DNA of 62,052 nucleotides, the filler included, from Nanobdellati archaeon (GTDB taxonomy: Archaea > Nanobdellota > Nanobdellia > Woesearchaeales > JAADFO01): assembly GCA_013152815.1 (NCBI GenBank). It is 6 parts of 6 records of this genome, joined end to end, with 100 filler letters (N's around TTAATTAATTAA, not from the genome) between each part and the next. Parts side by side here need not be neighbours in the genome. Positions count along the whole stretch, not along the records: positions 53,781 to 62,052 come from JAADFO010000017.1; 5 more parts are not named here. One strand, 5' to 3'. Made by a program: the position numbers and the translations under genes. Under the pieces are notes generated by a model. That model was not told the DNA's origin. It saw only the letters and a list, made by a program, of their open reading frames with translations, and did not search any database. Shown here piece after piece: positions 56,768-62,052 of this stretch (position 1 is its first letter; each line of letters starts with the position of its first letter).

Positions 56768-57547
56768 GATATAGCTCCTTTTCTTTTTTCGTATCATCTT
56801 CTCTCGCTCCATCTTTGCAAGAATAAGGAAGAGATCTTCGCGAGGAAACCGGGTCTGCAATGAGCGAAGGGAGACAGAGTTCTCTTCAAGGAGCAATCTG
56901 ACGATTGCCCCGCGCACCTGTCTTTGCGATCCTTCAAATCTTGATTGTTTTGATACTGACCTGATGCCGGTCTTCCTTGCTGTCTTCTCTTTTGCGCCGT
57001 AGTCCATAAGGGCATTATGCCAGAGCCTGCTCCTGCCTTTCGGGATGCACTTCCTTGCAATGGCTTCAAGTTCTGCTTTTCCGATATGCTCAGGAAGATT
57101 GAGTTCGTGGATCAACACTCTCCTGATGTTGGTGTCGATGACAGCGACATGCTTGTTGTGGGCAAAGGCCATGATCGCCGCAGCGGTGTAGGGACCGATG
57201 CCTGGCAGCCGTCGTAAGGCTGCTTCATCGCCCGGCAGGATGCCATCGTGCTCCTTGACGACGGTCTTGGCAAGCTGCAGCAGCCGTAAGGCCCTGTTGT
57301 TGTAGCCGAGGCCGGACCAGAAGGAAAGCACGGTCTTCGGTGCAGCTCTTGAGAGCGACAGGAAGTCTGGAAACCGCCGCATCCATCGCAGATAGTAGGG
57401 GATGACCCGCTCAACTTGCGTCTGTTGAAGCATGACTTCAGAAAGGAGGATGGCGTAGGGGTCCTTTGTCTTCCGCCAGGGAAGGTCGCGGCCATGCCGG
57501 GCATACCATGAAAGGATCTGCTTCCGGAAGGCAGGGATGCTCTTCAT
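56759..57547 (-). CDS. mutY: MutY-like HhH-GPD DNA glycosylase, short form lacking Fe-S cysteines
   Basis: WY...RDLPWR, SEVMLQQTQV, WSGLGYNNRA, LPGIGPYTA, IDTNIRRV, ALMDYGA. Confidence 0.85.
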   Translation of the reverse strand: MKSIPAFRKQILSWYARHGRDLPWRKTKDPYAILLSEVMLQQTQVERVIPYYLRWMRRFPDFLSLSRAAPKTVLSFWSGLGYNNRALRLLQLAKTVVKEHDGILPGDEAALRRLPGIGPYTAAAIMAFAHNKHVAVIDTNIRRVLIHELNLPEHIGKAELEAIARKCIPKGRSRLWHNALMDYGAKEKTARKTGIRSVSKQSRFEGSQRQVRGAIVRLLLEENSVSLRSLQTRFPREDLFLILAKMEREKMIRKKKRSYILA

Positions 57548-57602
57548 GGCATCCTTAATCAGCGTAACCTTTTTAAAGGCTATGCAACCACTGGAACGCA
57601 TT

Positions 57603-57695
57603 GTCCCGGTGGCTTAGCGGCTAGAGCGGTCGGCTGTTATCCTTTCAAGGAAAGAAACCGACAGGTCGCCAGTTCGAATCTGGCCCGGGACGCCA
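57603..57695 (+). tRNA. tRNA-Asn(GTT) with 17-nt intron at 37/38 (57640-57656)
   Basis: Acceptor GTCCCGG/CCGGGAC, anticodon arm GTCGG-CTGTTA[intron]A-CCGAC, T arm GCCAG-TTCGAAT-CTGGC, encoded CCA, BHB-like junction. Confidence 0.95.
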
Positions 57696-57808
57696 TCTTT
57701 CTTACCATCTTTCTTATGTAGGCTTGAGGGAACATGGTGACCGAAACCTACTTCGCACCCTATGGGCGAAAAGGTGGCTTGCAAGCAAGACACCGCCATA
57801 GAAGTTCT

Positions 57809-57834
57809 ATCTGGCCCGGGACGCCATCTTTCTT
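57809..57834 (+). repeat. Exact 26-bp duplicate of tRNA-Asn 3' end
   Basis: ATCTGGCCCGGGACGCCATCTTTCTT is identical to 57678-57703. Confidence 0.95.
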
Positions 57835-57893
57835 GCTCATAGCAGTATCATGAAAGGCCAATTTTTTTATAGAAAGTTCGGTTAGCTCTTGCC

Positions 57894-58706
57894 ATGGAAG
57901 AGCAGTCAGACCTGGAAACATACAGGAAGGTCTACCGTTTCTGGCAGATACAGGACAAGGCAGACGATTTCATGACCTATTTCACCGATGTGGCGGGCAA
58001 CCCTGCAAAGATAAACGAGAGGGCGAATGAGCTGGCAGCAGAAGAGTTCGCACCTGAACCAACAGACATCCATAGGCCTGCAGGGCTTCTGCTGGCGATG
58101 GACCGGGCAATATTCAATGCGTTCACCTATCTCGACATCCCTGAGAAGAAGAAGGAGCTGATCGATGAACTGGTGAAGATGAGAAGCATCTACCGATACA
58201 CGGACAACCTGCTCAGAAGCATGGGAACAGACTATGCCACAGAATGCATCGACGGAGCGGTGGAAACGTTCGGGGTGTCGCGTCTCCTGACGCCAAGTGA
58301 ACTGGACCAGGTCCTCATCAAGAAATATGCGGATTCTTCTGAGGAGGATCTCCTGCATGTGCCCGCAATAGTGGTAAGCCACCAGGACAAGACCGATTAC
58401 CTTTCCTCGATGATACGTTGGATCATGGAATTCCACGAGTATGGCGCATCATTGACAACCCCTAAGAAGATCGCCTTTGCGGTGAACAAGGACGCTTTCC
58501 AGGACAATCTCCCGCCCTCAGAACTGAAGGGGTTCCTTGACGACTATTTCGGCCCTGAACAGATAGAGCGTTATGCCATGATACTGACGAGCAACAAAGA
58601 GGTGCACAGGTATCTCATCGCGCGCTTCCAGATCAACCGCATGGGCAGGAGCATGGAAGCCCATCCCGAGGCAGAATTCAGCGTCGAAGTCTACGATAAG
58701 AGATGA
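57894..58706 (+). CDS. Hypothetical protein
   Basis: 270-aa ORF with typical codon usage and no recognised motif. Confidence 0.75.
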   Translation: MEEQSDLETYRKVYRFWQIQDKADDFMTYFTDVAGNPAKINERANELAAEEFAPEPTDIHRPAGLLLAMDRAIFNAFTYLDIPEKKKELIDELVKMRSIYRYTDNLLRSMGTDYATECIDGAVETFGVSRLLTPSELDQVLIKKYADSSEEDLLHVPAIVVSHQDKTDYLSSMIRWIMEFHEYGASLTTPKKIAFAVNKDAFQDNLPPSELKGFLDDYFGPEQIERYAMILTSNKEVHRYLIARFQINRMGRSMEAHPEAEFSVEVYDKR

Positions 58707-58710
58707 GGCA

Positions 58711-59364
58711 TCAACTTTCTTTCTTCTTCGGCGTCAACCGTCTGACGATCCTCTTGCTTACAGAATAGGCGATGCCCACGAGAGCGGCGGTCACGCCGAA
58801 AAGGCTCACCCCGCTGGCCGGCAGCCCAAAGAGCTTGAGCAGGGACTTCGCGCCGAGATAGAAATCAGAGATATAGGTGAGGGGAGAGAAGGCCATGGCG
58901 CTTCCTATGCCGATGAGCACAGGGCTCCTCTTCTCGAAGCCTTTGTACATGGCATAGATGCCCGCTGCAGTAAAAGGAACATAGGGGGCGACCGAGGTCA
59001 AGAAGGTGCCGGCAGAGGAACCTCCAACGATGCTGTGACCAGCGATCGCGCCCTCCAATGTTCCCAATGATGAACCTGATACTGCCGTGCCTGTGACGTT
59101 GGCGATGCCGTACTGCAGCAGCTCTTTGACAGGAGAATAGAGCTCATAGGAGCCAAGGGCAGACACCCAGAATTTTGCGTAGTTACCGACCTTCCTCCCG
59201 AAGGTCTCCCCTTTCATGACAGACTTGTAGAAGTTGACATAATAGTCCTTGACACCGTCATAGAGCCCTGACAGGCCCGTCGCTTCCAGGACATTGAACC
59301 TGGGCATCTGCACAAGCTCGTCCAGGCTGAATTTCGGCTTTTCTGCTGTCGCTGCATATGCCAT
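58711..59364 (-). CDS. Hypothetical membrane protein
   Basis: Gly/Ala-rich hydrophobic segments in the C-terminal half. Confidence 0.7.
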   Translation of the reverse strand: MAYAATAEKPKFSLDELVQMPRFNVLEATGLSGLYDGVKDYYVNFYKSVMKGETFGRKVGNYAKFWVSALGSYELYSPVKELLQYGIANVTGTAVSGSSLGTLEGAIAGHSIVGGSSAGTFLTSVAPYVPFTAAGIYAMYKGFEKRSPVLIGIGSAMAFSPLTYISDFYLGAKSLLKLFGLPASGVSLFGVTAALVGIAYSVSKRIVRRLTPKKKES

Positions 59365-59530
59365 TCGCTGTGACTCATGGACTAACTTATCACCTGAAGC
59401 TTCCTCTGCCAGGGAGGAAGAAGAAGATTCGGCTTAAAAGCATTTAGCAAACAACCAAGAGTTAAGTTATTACCTTTTTGGGACAAAAACAACATGCACT
59501 TATCAGGCAGCACACACATAAAACCATCAT

Positions 59531-59677
59531 ATTTATAAATGAATCACGTTTATCGGAGCGCAAGTGAGTAAAAATAGTCAGTGCATTGCATAGGAACACC
59601 ATGTGTTTTCTGCCGGTCATCGGCTTTCTATTTTTCCTCGCTGAGACGCGCACAGCGTGACTACGGAGGAAAAGATA
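59531..59677 (+). promoter_or_regulatory. TATA box and structured about 115-nt 5' leader of the DEAD-box helicase gene
   Basis: TTTATAAA at 59532; TAGTCA/TGACTA closes several hairpins; TTTTCCTC is complementary to the SD region GAGGAAAA. Confidence 0.55.
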
Positions 59678-60988
59678 ATGAATTACCAAGAAATGAATAT
59701 ATCAGGACCTGTGATGGATGCCGTCGGACAGATGGGATGGGAGACTCCCACAGCCATCCAGGAGAAGGCCATTCCCGTCATCCTGTCCGGAAGGGACGTG
59801 CTTGGCCAGTCAGAGACCGGTTCAGGGAAGACAGGGGCGTTCGGCATACCCATAGCAGAGATGCTAGAGAAAGGACAGGGGCTCCAGGCATTGATCATCT
59901 CGCCCACCCGGGAACTGGTGGAACAGATCTGGACGGTCATGCGCCAGCTTACGAAAGAGAAGAGGTTATACTGCGAATCGGTCTATGGCGGAGTCGGCAT
60001 CAATCCCCAGATCATGGGACTGCGCAAGGCAGAGATCTGCGTCGGCACCCCAGGACGGCTCCTCGACCACATGGAACGGAAGACCATCGACCTCTCGAAG
60101 ATCAGGATCATGGTGGTGGACGAGGCAGACAAGCTCTTCGAGATGGGCTTCATCGACGACGTCCGCAGGATCCTTGGCGGCCTTCCGAAGGAAAGGCAGA
60201 CCCTCATGTTCTCTGCTACGTTGCGCTCAGACATCAGGAAGTTCATCGAGAGACACACCCACAATCCGATCCATATAGAGACCAAGTTCCAGGTTGATAC
60301 GACAAAGCTCAAGCAGGTCTATTATCCGGTGAAACGGAACAAGAAGATCTCGCTCCTGGTCCATCTCATCCATACGGAGAAGCCAGGGCTGGCCATCGTC
60401 TTCTGCGGCACCCGACGGGAGACCGACCTGGTCGAGCGCAACCTCAAGCTCAACAACATCAATGCGGCCGCATTGCATGGCGGCCTGTCCCAGGCGAGGA
60501 GGAACAAGGTCATGGACAGCTTCCGCAGAGAGAACACCCATGTGCTGGTAGCAACTGATGTCGCTGCCCGTGGCATCGACATCAGGAACATCACCCATGT
60601 CATCAATTATGCCATACCTTCCTCTCCGAAGGAATATGTCCATCGGATAGGCAGGACCGCGAGGATGGGCGACAAGGGCAAGGCCATCTCGCTCCTCGAT
60701 GAACGCGACCATGACAATTTCCGGGCTGTCCAGTCCGACCATTCTCTGAACATCCAGGAGATGCCCATACCCACCATCCCTTATGTGAAGGTCACCGGAG
60801 GAAGCCTGAGAGGGCACACCGAACGTGGCAACCGGAGGAGCTATGGAGGAGGACGGCCATCCAGCGGCAGGCGCAACGAGTACCGTCGTGACGGACCTCC
60901 CCGAGGAAGGGGCGGCTCAGGCTTCAGAGGCTCCGGAAGGGACGACCAGCACAAGAACAACTATCTCGGGTTCAGCGCAGGGATGTAG
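59678..60988 (+). CDS. DEAD-box RNA helicase (DeaD/CshA-like)
   Basis: Q motif, SETGSGKT, PTREL, TPGR, DEAD, SAT, ARGID, HRIGRTAR, RG-rich tail. Confidence 0.97.
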   Translation: MNYQEMNISGPVMDAVGQMGWETPTAIQEKAIPVILSGRDVLGQSETGSGKTGAFGIPIAEMLEKGQGLQALIISPTRELVEQIWTVMRQLTKEKRLYCESVYGGVGINPQIMGLRKAEICVGTPGRLLDHMERKTIDLSKIRIMVVDEADKLFEMGFIDDVRRILGGLPKERQTLMFSATLRSDIRKFIERHTHNPIHIETKFQVDTTKLKQVYYPVKRNKKISLLVHLIHTEKPGLAIVFCGTRRETDLVERNLKLNNINAAALHGGLSQARRNKVMDSFRRENTHVLVATDVAARGIDIRNITHVINYAIPSSPKEYVHRIGRTARMGDKGKAISLLDERDHDNFRAVQSDHSLNIQEMPIPTIPYVKVTGGSLRGHTERGNRRSYGGGRPSSGRRNEYRRDGPPRGRGGSGFRGSGRDDQHKNNYLGFSAGM

Positions 60989-61062
60989 CTTGTCTGATGA
61001 GGACGATGAGATCGCCCGCAGAGCGACCAAGAAGATGACAGGTCCACAGGAAGCTCGTAAAC

Positions 61063-61803
61063 CTATCGGATGGTACCTTTCTGCCAGTCCTTGAGGATCA
61101 TGGTGGCCATGCGCTGGGTGTCAGGGACATTGCCCCGCTTGAGGACGTTCCTCTTCCTTGCGATGGCTTCCAGGACATTCTCCGGGTCCTCATCCGGACT
61201 GACCTCATACCAGGATTCTATGGTTCCGGGGAATCTTTCCATGAGCTTTCCCACGACCACGTCAGGCTCTTTCACCTTGGTGAAGTCCAGTGTACCGATG
61301 AAAGCATGCTTGAGAGAGGTGTTCTCTTTGTAGGGGATGACTCCCGGTGTGTCGAGCAGGATGATGCGTCGGTCTGCCTTGATCTTCTGCACTCCCTTGG
61401 TGTGGCCGGAGAGGATGCTTGTGGATGCGGCCTTCCGTCCTTTCAGGGCATTGATGAGCGAAGATTTTCCCACGTTGGGATAGCCCAGGACGCCCACCTT
61501 GACCTTTTCGAGGCCTCGTTTTTTGGCCTCGATGAGGATGCGGTTGCGGAGCAGGGTAGTGCCGAGATGTTTTGTCGCCGATATGAAGACGCAGGGGTGC
61601 AGGACACGCTTGTACCGTTCGGCCTTTTCCTTCTGCACGAGGTCTGCCTTGCTGACCACATAGATGAGGGGCTTGCCTTCCCGTCTCACCTTGGCTTCCA
61701 GCTCTGCATGACGGGTCTCTTCCACCATCCGCGCGTCAAGCACGAGGAGGAGGACGTCGGCATCCCTGATGACCTTGTTGACCACCTTCCAGAAGTTCGC
61801 CAT
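61063..61803 (-). CDS. Circularly permuted ribosome-biogenesis GTPase (YlqF/RbgA family)
   Basis: VLDAR, SKAD (G4) and ISA (G5) precede GYPNVGKSS (G1), T (G2), DTPG (G3). Confidence 0.93.
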   Translation of the reverse strand: MANFWKVVNKVIRDADVLLLVLDARMVEETRHAELEAKVRREGKPLIYVVSKADLVQKEKAERYKRVLHPCVFISATKHLGTTLLRNRILIEAKKRGLEKVKVGVLGYPNVGKSSLINALKGRKAASTSILSGHTKGVQKIKADRRIILLDTPGVIPYKENTSLKHAFIGTLDFTKVKEPDVVVGKLMERFPGTIESWYEVSPDEDPENVLEAIARKRNVLKRGNVPDTQRMATMILKDWQKGTIR

Positions 61804-61933
61804 GGACAGTCGAAGAGCAACCAGAATATAAAGGTTGAGTATCTGATTAGAGTTCCAGAAAACAGAAGAGAACACTACTTTCAGGTAGTATCAGACGAAA
61901 GATTTAAAAAAAGACAGATGTATTCCAAACAGC

Positions 61934-62052
61934 ATGACCCTGACAAATGATTTGGAACAGCGAAGCAAAGAACCGTTGAACAAGAAAGATGTCATTGCAG
62001 CATTCATCGATGAGATTTCTAGAGATATTGAGCTGCTCAGAAAGAATGTGAA
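61934..62052 (+). CDS. Hypothetical protein N-terminus, cut by the window edge
   Basis: MTLTNDLEQRSKEPLNKKDVIAAFIDEISRDIELLRKNV is open to the end; TATA-like motif upstream. Confidence 0.5.
   Translation, partial: MTLTNDLEQRSKEPLNKKDVIAAFIDEISRDIELLRKNV

Overview
Archaeal DNA, most consistent with a DPANN (Woesearchaeota-like) metagenome bin; the taxonomy is inferred from gene style. The window is six separate contigs joined by five artificial 100-nt linkers (N44-TTAATTAATTAA-N44), so gene adjacency only holds within 1-9355, 9456-18603, 18704-33200, 33301-44886, 44987-53680 and 53781-62052. Housekeeping content includes tbp-mcm-RPA beside an ORB-like box and AT-rich tract, a MoxR-DUF58-VWA operon, a glycogen cluster (GT3, debranching enzyme, GT4, GH57, HTH-CBS; GH15 and a phosphohexomutase lie on other contigs), hef, htpX, a DsbB-family protein, the Pop5-psmA-SBDS-exosome-rpoK operon, cbf5, archease plus rtcB with a LAGLIDADG intein, a DEAD-box helicase, tRNA-Val(CAC) and an intron-containing tRNA-Asn(GTT). 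The most notable signals are: (1) a full-length MetK-fold paralog that has lost triphosphate-binding residues but kept Met/adenosine-binding ones, directly upstream of a canonical bacterial-type metK; (2) a dispersed family of structured palindromic elements with compensatory base changes and TCTGATT boundaries; (3) a 295-bp highly structured MITE-like element with a 9-bp target duplication; (4) 3'-end duplications downstream of both tRNAs and around an AT-rich AAA ATPase gene; (5) a switch-like leader on the DEAD-box helicase gene. All family calls come from motif recognition by eye; no database searches were run.
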